Origin: Acidimicrobiia bacterium
GTDB lineage: Bacteria > Actinomycetota > Acidimicrobiia > Spongiisociales > ZC4RG35
Direction: 5' to 3'
Assembly: GCA_965203555.1 (NCBI GenBank)
Contig: CBDBCY010000004.1
Location: 576,001-640,000, forward strand
DNA: 64,000 nt
Under the pieces are notes generated by a model. The model was not told the origin of the DNA and did not search any database. It saw nothing but the letters and a program-made list of their open reading frames with translations. Positions 8,735 through 17,449 of this stretch are shown here, piece by piece. Every line of letters begins with the position of its first letter. The stretch's first letter is position 1. A program made the position numbers and the translations under genes.

Positions 8735-9703
8735 GTGACCCAGTACCTGGCCAAGCGGCTCGGCGTCATGGTTTTCACCCTGTGGATTGTGGTAACCGTG
8801 ACGTTCTTCCTGTTCCGGGCTGTGCCCGGCGATCCCAGTTTGGTATTGATCGGACCAGAGATCGAAGCCAGCGCCGCCGACTCGATAAGGGAGTCTTTCG
8901 GACTCGACCGATCCCTGGGAGTGCAGTACTGGTCGTACCTGACCAATGCAGTCCAGGGGGACCTGGGCATGTCCTTCCGCTACCGGGTGCCGGTGTCGAC
9001 GGTGCTGGCCGAGAAACTGGCAAACACGGCCGTGCTGGTGCTGCCCGCCATGCTGATCGCCTTCGCGCTCGGCGCCCTGCTGGGCTCGTACACGGCGGTG
9101 CGCCCCCACTCACGCATGGACCGCCTCATCACCCAGTTCTTCCTGTCCGTGAAGTCGGCGCCGTCGTTCTGGCTCGCCACCATGGCGCTGGTCACGTTCA
9201 GCCTGTGGCTGGGACTCACGCCATCGGGCGGCATGACCACCCCGGGCGCCCCCCGAATCGAGGGTTTGGAGCGTTTCTTCACCGCCGACGTGCTGTCCCA
9301 CCTGATACTGCCGTTGGTGATCCTGGCGGCAATCTTCACTGTGGAGCCTCTGCTGACCATGAGAACCTCGATGGCCGAGATACTCAACGACGACTTCGTG
9401 GAGTTCGGACACGCCAAAGGATTCTCCCGATCCCGGATCACCCTTCACGCCGCCCGGAACTCCTTGTTGCCCATGGTCAGCTTGGTTCCGTCGATCGCCG
9501 GTCATCTCATAGCCGGGTCGGTGATCATCGAGATCGTCTTCTCCTGGCCGGGAATGGGCCGTGAGATAGTTGACGCGGTGAACCGCTTCGACTATCCGAT
9601 GATGCAGGGGACCTTCATGGCCATCGCGGCGCTTGCCATCGTGGTCAATGCCTTTGCAGACATCCTGTACACCTATCTCGACCCGAGAGTTCGTCTGACA
9701 TGA
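8735..9703 (+). CDS. peptide ABC transporter permease (DppB-like)
   Basis: VPGDP, FGLDRSL, GDLGMS, IEIVFSWPGMG, DILYTYLDPRV. Confidence 0.93.
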   Translation: MTQYLAKRLGVMVFTLWIVVTVTFFLFRAVPGDPSLVLIGPEIEASAADSIRESFGLDRSLGVQYWSYLTNAVQGDLGMSFRYRVPVSTVLAEKLANTAVLVLPAMLIAFALGALLGSYTAVRPHSRMDRLITQFFLSVKSAPSFWLATMALVTFSLWLGLTPSGGMTTPGAPRIEGLERFFTADVLSHLILPLVILAAIFTVEPLLTMRTSMAEILNDDFVEFGHAKGFSRSRITLHAARNSLLPMVSLVPSIAGHLIAGSVIIEIVFSWPGMGREIVDAVNRFDYPMMQGTFMAIAALAIVVNAFADILYTYLDPRVRLT

Positions 9704-11517
9704 CCAAGCACCGGTCCGACCCTGCCGCCAATGCCGAGGGCGCCCCATCCGCTCGCGTCGTAAGGCCTCCCGGCCCGATCCGAAGGGCCCTGCGAGAGAA
9801 CAACGTGCGAGTTGGCCTGATCATCTTCAGCTTGATCGTGCTGGTGGCCATCTTTGCCCCGATGATCGCCCCCTACGATCCGCAGGAGCGACTCCGCACC
9901 GCCGACGGCGAACTGGCCAGGCTGTTGCCGCCCCAGAAGGACTACTGGATGGGCACCACCAACTTCGGACGCGACATCCTCAGCCAGTTGATAGTCGGAA
10001 CGCGGCGGACCCTGTCGGTGGGCGCCATCGCAGCTTTCGTGGCGGTATTCATCGGCGCCAACGTGGGACTGATCGCCGGTTTTCGCGGTGGTCGGGTCGA
10101 CAACCTGCTGATGCGCACCACCGACGCCGCCTACGCCCTGCCCTTCCTGCCGTTCGCCATTGTCCTGGTGGGAATCGTGGGGCGGACCGACCTAATCTTG
10201 ATATCGGTGATCGGACTCTTGTTCTGGCGCACCACTGCTCGTGTGATTCGATCCCAGGTGCTCACCACCAAGGAGCGCACCTTCGTCAAGGCCGCCATTG
10301 CAGGTGGGGCCTCTCCCCGCCGGGTTCTATATGCCCACATAGCGCCAAACGTTCTGGCGCTGGCCCTCGTCTACGGCATGTTATTGATCGCCGAGGCGGT
10401 GATGGCAGAAGCGTCCCTTAGCTTCCTCGGGTTCGCCCCGCCGGATTCGCTCTCCTGGGGCACCATCATGTTCGATGCCTTCACGTCTCAGAGAATGAGG
10501 CAGGCGTGGTGGTGGCCGATGTTTCCCGGGCTGGCGCTCATGGTTTTCATGTATTCGGTGTACAGCGTCGGTCGAGGATTCCAGCGTGCGCTCAGGCAAA
10601 TGGACGTTCCCAACATCGGCGTCTCTGCCCGCCGGGCGCGCCGCTCTCGGAAACCGAGCGGCTCACCGCGGGTTGACGGCAGCCCGCCGGGTTCACTGGT
10701 CGCCGTGGAAAACCTGGTGGTTACCTACCAGCCCCGCTCTCTGGAGGAGCAACAGGTCCAAGCGGTAAAGGGCATCTCTTTCCGGCTCGACAGGGGCGAG
10801 ATGCTCGGCATTGTGGGCGAGAGCGGATCCGGGAAGACTACCGCCGTTCGAGCCCTCCTCCGGTTGCCGCCCCCAACCGCTGAAGTCGGCGGCAGGATAT
10901 GGTTTGAAGGCCGCGACCTGAACGGAATCGCAGACAGTGAGCTCCGCTCTTTGCGATGGGAGCATCTCGCCTTCATTCCGCAGTCGGCGATGAACTCACT
11001 CAACCCCGTGCAACGGGTCGAGAACCAGATAATCGAGGCGATCCGGGTCCACCGCGATGTGACCCGCGCCCAGGCAGGGGAGATGTGCGCAACCGCGCTG
11101 CAGCAGGTGGGGATCAACCCGGCGCGCGGCAGGCTCTACCCGCATCAGTACAGCGGCGGCATGAGACAACGGGCCCTGATCGCCATGGCCAAGGTTCTGG
11201 AACCCACCCTACTGGTGGCGGACGAGCCCACCACCGGGCTCGATGTCGTGGTGCAGGACCAGATCATGGCTGACCTTGAACGGGTGCGGGAGGAACTCGG
11301 GACGGCCATCATCATCGTGAGCCATGACCTCGCCCTCGTTTCGGAGACCTGCTCCAGCTTGATAGTCATGAAGGACGGCGAGGTCGTCGAAGCCGGGCCC
11401 ACCGATGCAGTGGTGTCGGACCCACAGGATTCGTACACCAGGATGCTGCTTCACAGCGCCCACGGATCGGTGGCGGCGCAGTCTGCAACGCCGGGCGGGA
11501 GCGCCCCGGGTGGCTAG
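9700..11517 (+). CDS. fused peptide ABC permease/ATP-binding protein (DppC-DppD)
   Basis: N-terminal GTTNFGRDI and AEASLSFLG; C-terminal GESGSGKT, YSGGMRQR, DEPTTGLD. Confidence 0.92.
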   Translation: MTKHRSDPAANAEGAPSARVVRPPGPIRRALRENNVRVGLIIFSLIVLVAIFAPMIAPYDPQERLRTADGELARLLPPQKDYWMGTTNFGRDILSQLIVGTRRTLSVGAIAAFVAVFIGANVGLIAGFRGGRVDNLLMRTTDAAYALPFLPFAIVLVGIVGRTDLILISVIGLLFWRTTARVIRSQVLTTKERTFVKAAIAGGASPRRVLYAHIAPNVLALALVYGMLLIAEAVMAEASLSFLGFAPPDSLSWGTIMFDAFTSQRMRQAWWWPMFPGLALMVFMYSVYSVGRGFQRALRQMDVPNIGVSARRARRSRKPSGSPRVDGSPPGSLVAVENLVVTYQPRSLEEQQVQAVKGISFRLDRGEMLGIVGESGSGKTTAVRALLRLPPPTAEVGGRIWFEGRDLNGIADSELRSLRWEHLAFIPQSAMNSLNPVQRVENQIIEAIRVHRDVTRAQAGEMCATALQQVGINPARGRLYPHQYSGGMRQRALIAMAKVLEPTLLVADEPTTGLDVVVQDQIMADLERVREELGTAIIIVSHDLALVSETCSSLIVMKDGEVVEAGPTDAVVSDPQDSYTRMLLHSAHGSVAAQSATPGGSAPGG

Positions 11518-12514
11518 TTCACCGAGCGCCGCCATCGACGTGCGCGACGTCACAGTCGTGTACAGCGCCGCTCGCGGACTGGCCACCCTGCTCAAAAAAC
11601 ATCAGGTCCAGATCATTCAAGACATCAACCTGACGATCCGACCGGGCACCGTGTTCGGGGTGGCCGGCGAGAGCGGTTCAGGGAAGACCACCCTGGCGCG
11701 AGCGCTCACCGGGCTCGCGCCGGTCAGCAACGGATCGATCACCATCCATGGCAGGGAGGTGGCTGACCTCGACCAGACCGAATGGCGGCTGGTCCGGTCG
11801 GACGTGCAACTGATCTTCCAGGATCCATACGACTCCCTGAATCCGCGGTTCACCGTTTTCGACAGCGTGGCGGAGCCACTGCGGTCACAGGGAGTCAAGA
11901 ACAGACCGGAGGTGGAGCGTCGGGTCCGGGCCGCCCTGGCCGATGCCGAACTCGATCCGGACACCTTCAGCTACCGGATGCCTACCCAATTGTCGGGAGG
12001 TGAACGGCAGAGAGTGGCGATCGCTCGGGCCCTGGTGTTGGACCCGAACGTGATCATCGCTGACGAGCCGGTCTCGATGCTGGACGTATCTACCCGCGGG
12101 GAGATCCTCTCCCTGATACGTAAGGCGGCCCGAGACCGGGGGGTGGCCGTCCTGCTGGTCTCACATGATCTTTCGGTTCTGGAACGGGTGTGCGACAAGA
12201 TCGCAGTCATGTACCTGGGTCGTATCGTTGAGCAGGGGGCGGTAGCGGACGTCTTCGGCCAGCCTCGCCATCCCTATACCCGGGCGCTGATCTCCGCCAT
12301 CCCTTCGGTCGACCAGAGCCGCAAACGAACCCGCACCACCCTGCAGGGCGAGCCTCCCCAACCTTCCCAGCGTCCGGCGGGGTGCTCATTTCATCCCCGT
12401 TGTCCTCGCTGTGACGACTTCAAATGCCTAACCGAGACACCTCTACTTGAAGGGACGGAACAAATGTATGCCTGCTGGCACCCCATCGACATCGTTCGGA
12501 AGGACCCGGCATGA
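11510..12514 (+). CDS. peptide ABC transporter ATP-binding protein (DppF-like)
   Basis: GESGSGKT, LSGGERQR, DEPVSMLD, HPYTRAL, GCSFHPRC; GTG overlaps the upstream gene end. Confidence 0.92.
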   Translation: MASSPSAAIDVRDVTVVYSAARGLATLLKKHQVQIIQDINLTIRPGTVFGVAGESGSGKTTLARALTGLAPVSNGSITIHGREVADLDQTEWRLVRSDVQLIFQDPYDSLNPRFTVFDSVAEPLRSQGVKNRPEVERRVRAALADAELDPDTFSYRMPTQLSGGERQRVAIARALVLDPNVIIADEPVSMLDVSTRGEILSLIRKAARDRGVAVLLVSHDLSVLERVCDKIAVMYLGRIVEQGAVADVFGQPRHPYTRALISAIPSVDQSRKRTRTTLQGEPPQPSQRPAGCSFHPRCPRCDDFKCLTETPLLEGTEQMYACWHPIDIVRKDPA

Positions 12515-13722
12515 CACTGATTTGCCTCAGGTGCAGTGCACCCGGCGCCGGCTACCACGGATGTCCGACCTGCGCCGCTCAAGGCGTCCACGTCAACCTG
12601 GCGCCTCCGGCAGCGGACCTTACCGGATACAACCTGGAGTACTACCGGGGAGGACTCTATGACTGGAGGGATACGCTCCCGATTTCCCCCGACATCCCGC
12701 CGGTGACGCTCGGAGAAGGGAACACTCCCAGCGTCTCGCTCCACACCGATCGGGGTTCCGGACCGTTGGCGGTCAAGAACGAAGCGGCCAACCCCACCTG
12801 GTCTCACAAAGACCGTGGGATGAGCGCCGCGCTGACCAAGGCGAGAGAACTCGACGCCACCACCGTGGTTATTGCCTCGAGCGGAAACGCCGGCGCGGCA
12901 GCCGCCGCCTATTCGGCCCGGGCCAGGCTGGAATGCATCGTGCTCACCACCGTTGGCATACCCCCGGTTATGGAAAGACTGCTGGCCGGGGTCGGCGCCA
13001 CCCTGATCGGGTACCGATCGACCGCCGAACGAAACCGCATGCTGTCAGCGGCCGTCACAGAGCTCGGCTGGTACCCAGCCGCCTTCACCGATGATCGGGT
13101 GGGGGGCAACCCCTACGGCAACGAGGGATTCAAGAGCATCGCCTACGAACTTGCCCGGGATCATGGTGACGAACTCCAAACCGTGGTCGTCCCGGTCTCC
13201 AAGGCCGACCTCATGTCGGGAATCGGGCGCGGTTTCCAGGAATTGCACGCCGCCGGCCTCATCGCCAGGATGCCTGCGCTGGTTGCCGCAGAAGCCGCCA
13301 CCGGCGCAGCTTTCACCACCGCCCTTTCCGATCCGGATCCCGACGCTCAAGAACGAACCCGGGTGGTGCGGCACGAGTCTGCGGCCTGGTCAATTGGGAA
13401 CACCTACGCATACTTCCAAGGCCTCGATGTGATGCGAACCTCGGCCGGTCACGCGGTGGCGGTCGATCAGGACAGATACCTGGCCGAGCGAGAACGGGTC
13501 GGCCGCCGGGACGGCCTGTTCGTGGAGATCTCGTCCGCCGTTGCCATTGCTGCAGCCCGCGACATTGCGCAGAGCGCTTCCGGCTTGACGGTCGCCGTCA
13601 GCACCTCCACCGGTATCAAGGACCCTGACCTGCCCGGGACGGAGTCCCCCTCGCTCACCGTGCTGGCGCCGACGGTCCGCCGACTGCACGACTGGGTAAC
13701 CGGCGCCCGGGGCAACCGGTAG
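12511..13722 (+). CDS. threonine synthase-like PLP-dependent enzyme (fold type II)
   Basis: N-terminal CxxC..CxxC, LGEGNTP, NPTWSHKDR, ASSGNAG, GFKSIAYE. Confidence 0.88.
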   Translation: MTLICLRCSAPGAGYHGCPTCAAQGVHVNLAPPAADLTGYNLEYYRGGLYDWRDTLPISPDIPPVTLGEGNTPSVSLHTDRGSGPLAVKNEAANPTWSHKDRGMSAALTKARELDATTVVIASSGNAGAAAAAYSARARLECIVLTTVGIPPVMERLLAGVGATLIGYRSTAERNRMLSAAVTELGWYPAAFTDDRVGGNPYGNEGFKSIAYELARDHGDELQTVVVPVSKADLMSGIGRGFQELHAAGLIARMPALVAAEAATGAAFTTALSDPDPDAQERTRVVRHESAAWSIGNTYAYFQGLDVMRTSAGHAVAVDQDRYLAERERVGRRDGLFVEISSAVAIAAARDIAQSASGLTVAVSTSTGIKDPDLPGTESPSLTVLAPTVRRLHDWVTGARGNR

Positions 13723-13982
13723 GGATACTCCCACAACGACCGGGGGACCCCATCCGGTAACTGGAGAGGTCGAGACAGGCATCACCATTTTCCTGGTTCT
13801 CCGACGGACTGTCAACGCCCCGTTCGGGGTAAGGTGAGTATCGTGGCTTCCCACCCCAACGCCGTGGATCCGATCAATGCGAGGGGTGTATCCTGCTCGT
13901 CCGGTCCGGATCCTTCGACCACCTGGGGAAGCAAGTATCGCCGTTCCATGGAGCGGTCGCCGTCCCTACGGGGGCAGCCAAC

Positions 13983-14693
13983 GTGATCGACAAGCGGACG
14001 GTCGACCCTGGACAAGCCCTAGCCGGCGTCTGCGACGGTGACACCGTCATGATCGGCGGTTTCGGCGAGGCCGGCAGCCCGATCGAACTTATTCACGCCT
14101 TGATCGACCAGGGAGCCGCCGGACTGACCGTGATCAGCAACAACGCCGGCAACGGAGAAGTGGGGCTCGCCGCGCTCATCAAGGCCGGCCAGGTCGCCAG
14201 GATGATCTGCTCGTTTCCCCGCTCTTCCAATTCCACGGTATTCCAAAGTCTGTACCGCGCCGGACGAATCGAACTCGAACTTGTGCCCCAGGGCACCCTT
14301 GCCGAGCGGATCAGGGCAGGGGGCGCCGGCATCCCGGCTTTCTACACGCCGACAGCCGCTAAAACGGCCCTGGCGACAGGCAAAGAACAACGCGTGTTCA
14401 ATGGGACGCCATGCCTCCTCGAACATGCTCTGGTGGCCGACTGGAGCCTCATCAGAGCCCGCACCGCCGACTGGCACGGCAATCTGCTCTACAACAAGAC
14501 CGCCCGAAACTTCTCGCCGGTGATGGCCATGGCCGGGCAGACCACGGTTGTGCAGGCCGCCTCGGTGGTCGAACCGGGCACCATAGATCCCGAGACGGTC
14601 ATTACCCCCGGCATCTTCGTCGACCGCGTCGTCCATGTGGCGAACCCGCTCCACGAGTCGGAACTCGTGGCCAGCGGCGCCAGATACCCGTGA
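13983..14693 (+). CDS. pcaI: 3-oxoacid (3-oxoadipate) CoA-transferase subunit A
   Basis: MIGGFG, SNNAGNGE, PQGTLAERIRAGGAGIPAFYT, ARNFSPVMA. Confidence 0.9.
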   Translation: MIDKRTVDPGQALAGVCDGDTVMIGGFGEAGSPIELIHALIDQGAAGLTVISNNAGNGEVGLAALIKAGQVARMICSFPRSSNSTVFQSLYRAGRIELELVPQGTLAERIRAGGAGIPAFYTPTAAKTALATGKEQRVFNGTPCLLEHALVADWSLIRARTADWHGNLLYNKTARNFSPVMAMAGQTTVVQAASVVEPGTIDPETVITPGIFVDRVVHVANPLHESELVASGARYP

Positions 14694-15364
14694 ACACACC
14701 GTTGGTGGGTTTGACCAAGGAGCAGATCGCCCGGCGCGCCGCGCGGGACATAGCCGACGGCGCCTATGTCAACCTGGGGATCGGCATGCCGGAATTGATC
14801 GCCCGGTTCATCCCGCCCGACCGCCAGATCGTTCTGCACACCGAGAACGGACTCCTGGGAATGGGTCCCCCGCCACCGCCGGGACAGGGCGACCCCGAAC
14901 TCATCAACGCCGGCAAGAAGCAGATCACCACCCAACCGGGCGCCTCCTACTTTCACCAGGCCGACAGCTTCGCCATGATCCGGGGCGGTCACCTCGATCT
15001 GTCCGTGCTCGGAGCCCTGGAAGTAGCGGCCAACGGAGATCTGGCCAACTGGTCGACGGGCCGACCGGACGCCATCCCCGCCGTGGGAGGCGCAATGGAC
15101 CTGGTCTCCGGAGTAAAAGCCGTGTACGTGATAACCCACCACTGCACCCGGGAGGGAAAGCCAAAGCTAGTCGAACGCTGCTCGTACCCTCTGACCGGCG
15201 CCGGGATAGTCAACCGGATCTACACCGACCTGGCCGTCATCAACATCACATCCAACGGCTTCGAGGTCGTGGAGACACCACCGGGAGTCTCCCTCCATGA
15301 CGTGGCGATCCGAACCGATGCCCCTCTCCGAGACGCCCGTCCGGCAGGGACGCCCCGGGCCTAA
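14690..15364 (+). CDS. pcaJ: 3-oxoacid (3-oxoadipate) CoA-transferase subunit B
   Basis: VNLGIGMP, HTENG (catalytic Glu), SFAMIRGGHLD, GGAMDL; GTGA overlap with subunit A. Confidence 0.9.
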   Translation: MNTPLVGLTKEQIARRAARDIADGAYVNLGIGMPELIARFIPPDRQIVLHTENGLLGMGPPPPPGQGDPELINAGKKQITTQPGASYFHQADSFAMIRGGHLDLSVLGALEVAANGDLANWSTGRPDAIPAVGGAMDLVSGVKAVYVITHHCTREGKPKLVERCSYPLTGAGIVNRIYTDLAVINITSNGFEVVETPPGVSLHDVAIRTDAPLRDARPAGTPRA

Positions 15365-15419
15365 ACCGAGTCCTTGAACGGCGCTCTTGCGAGTTGGGAA
15401 CCGCCTACGACTCGGTGAC

Positions 15420-15443
15420 GATGGCGATGGCGATGGCGATGGC
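15420..15443. repeat. (GATGGC)4 microsatellite between convergent genes
   Basis: Read directly from the sequence. Confidence 0.8.
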
Positions 15444-15478
15444 GTTGATGATCGCGAAGGGGGCGCTCGGTCGGCCGG

Positions 15479-16117
15479 TCAGACGATGCGGCGGTTGCTT
15501 GCCCAGTGGGCGAGTTCGTATCTGTTTGACAGTTGCAGTTTGCGCAAGACTGCCGAGACGTGGGTTTCCACGGTCTTGACGCTGATGAACAGTCGCTTCG
15601 CTACCTGCTTGTAGGGATAGCCGCGGGCGATGAGCCGCAACACCTCCTTCTCCCTGGAGGTGAGCCGGTCGAGTTCCGGATCAGACGGCGGCGGGACATC
15701 CATCGCGAACGTGTCCAGCACGAAACCGGCCAGCATGGGAGAGAAGACCGCATCGCCCTCGTTCACCCGCCGTATGGCGTCGGCCAGTTCGTCGGGTCCG
15801 ATGGACTTGGTGACGTACCCCCTGGCGCCCGCCCGGATCATGGCGATCACGTCCTCGGCCGCGTCCGAGACGGACAGGGCCAGGAACTTGATGTCGGCGT
15901 GGGTCTCCCGGACGTTCTCCACCACCGCCAAACCTCCTCCTCCCGGCATGTGAACATCCACCAGAGCAACATCCGGAGGATCCCCGCGGAGTGCATCGAT
16001 GGCCTCATCGACGTCCTGGGCCGTGCCGATCATGTCTATGTCTTCCCGGCCTGCAAGTTCGGCTTTCACCCCGGAGAGAAACAACCGGTGATCATCGACT
16101 ACGAACACCTTGATCAT
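15479..16117 (-). CDS. NarL/LuxR-family response regulator
   Basis: VVDDH, DVALVDVHMP, GARGYVTK, LTSREKEVL...ISVKTVETHVS. Confidence 0.95.
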   Translation of the reverse strand: MIKVFVVDDHRLFLSGVKAELAGREDIDMIGTAQDVDEAIDALRGDPPDVALVDVHMPGGGGLAVVENVRETHADIKFLALSVSDAAEDVIAMIRAGARGYVTKSIGPDELADAIRRVNEGDAVFSPMLAGFVLDTFAMDVPPPSDPELDRLTSREKEVLRLIARGYPYKQVAKRLFISVKTVETHVSAVLRKLQLSNRYELAHWASNRRIV

Positions 16118-17301
16118 TGCGGTTCTCCCCCCAGTTGAAGATGCACTTCGGTCCCTTCACCGGGTGCTGAAACAACGACGGCCGTCCCGCCATGGGTCTG
16201 CATCCGGGCGACTATCGACTCGGCTATGCCCCGCCGGTCGGGGGCCACCTGACCGGTGTCGAAACCCCGGCCCAGGTCCGTGACCCAGACATCGGCGGAA
16301 GCGTCGGTCACCTCGGAGTAGACCGAGATCCGGTCGGCGCCAGAATGTCGGGCGGCGTTGGTAAGGGCCTCTCCCGCGGCCGCCACCATCGCTCGGACAT
16401 GATCATCCACCGGTTGGTCACCCACCGTCACCAATACCACCGGCACATCGTAGGTGTTCTCGATGCGGTCCGCCTCCCGCTGCAGTGCGCGGGACAGTAG
16501 CTCCTGGCCGTCAGCAGGAGAAGAGTCGTACAACCAGCGGCGCAGTTCTCGTTCCTGGACCCGAGCCAGCGTTGCCACCCGCCTGGGGTCGTCGGTCCGC
16601 TGGATCAGGGCCAGGGTCTGCAAAACCGAGTCGTGCAGGTGAGCGGCCATGTCGGCCCGCTCCTCCTCGCGAATCCGCTTGCTCCGTTCCGCGCCAAGGT
16701 CTGTAACCAACCTCCACACCCATGGTCCGAACAGCACGGCCATCCCCACTGTGGTCACCACCACGGCCAGCACCACCGTCTCAACCGCGGGGACGGCCGG
16801 CGTCAGGATGGATATTCCGACCACCAGCAGCAGTATGCCGATCACGGCGCGGCTGCGAAACCGGCCGCTGTCCGGATCGAAGATCGCCAGGATTGCGGAA
16901 CGGGGATCGATCTCGCGTCGGTCCATCAGGAAGGCCACGCCGACAATCAACGCTGCACCGGGCCACACCAGTTGATCGCTGCTCCAGATCCCGATGGAGC
17001 GAAGGATCAGCAGACCGCCCGCCAAAATCAGCAGGTACCCGGCTTTCCGTTGCTCGCTCTCTCGTCTCACGGGTTGGGGGTGGTGGGTACGGTCCAGAGC
17101 GATCGCCCACAGCGCCAGGTAGACGACCACCCCCAGGCCCCATATCAGGGTCAGAACCAGGAATCCGGCACGAACGTACAGGTCCACCACACCGAGGCGG
17201 TCGGCTATCCCGCCCGCCACGCCGGCGATGATCCGGTCCTCCTGCCGGCGGGATATCACGGCGCCGATGCGGTGCATGCCGGGGGGTCCTGTGGGCTCCA
17301 T
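16114..17301 (-). CDS. PspC-domain sensor histidine kinase
   Basis: N-terminal DRIIAGVAGGIA (PspC), TM helices, AAHLHDSVLQTL, EALTNAARHS, DLGRGF, GEGTEV. Confidence 0.92.
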   Translation of the reverse strand: MEPTGPPGMHRIGAVISRRQEDRIIAGVAGGIADRLGVVDLYVRAGFLVLTLIWGLGVVVYLALWAIALDRTHHPQPVRRESEQRKAGYLLILAGGLLILRSIGIWSSDQLVWPGAALIVGVAFLMDRREIDPRSAILAIFDPDSGRFRSRAVIGILLLVVGISILTPAVPAVETVVLAVVVTTVGMAVLFGPWVWRLVTDLGAERSKRIREEERADMAAHLHDSVLQTLALIQRTDDPRRVATLARVQERELRRWLYDSSPADGQELLSRALQREADRIENTYDVPVVLVTVGDQPVDDHVRAMVAAAGEALTNAARHSGADRISVYSEVTDASADVWVTDLGRGFDTGQVAPDRRGIAESIVARMQTHGGTAVVVSAPGEGTEVHLQLGGEPQ

Positions 17302-17361
17302 GCCGTGTATTGTGTCACAACCGGGTCCGGTCAGCAACCCCAAAAACCCGAAAAAAACCTA

Positions 17362-17413
17362 AATCAGGGACCAATCAGGGTGATACCCCATACAAAACCA
17401 GGACGATACCCCA
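17362..17413. promoter_or_regulatory. repeated motifs in the divergent psp promoter (candidate response-regulator sites)
   Basis: AATCAGGG twice; CAGGGTGATACCCCA and CAGGACGATACCCCA direct repeats. Confidence 0.55.
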
Positions 17414-17449
17414 TAGACGGGGGAATTCCAGCGCCCCATATTTAAAGGC

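Noticed and set aside
9700-11517. Permease-ATPase fusion as a novelty
   Set aside because: DppC-DppD fusions are common in actinobacterial peptide ABC systems.
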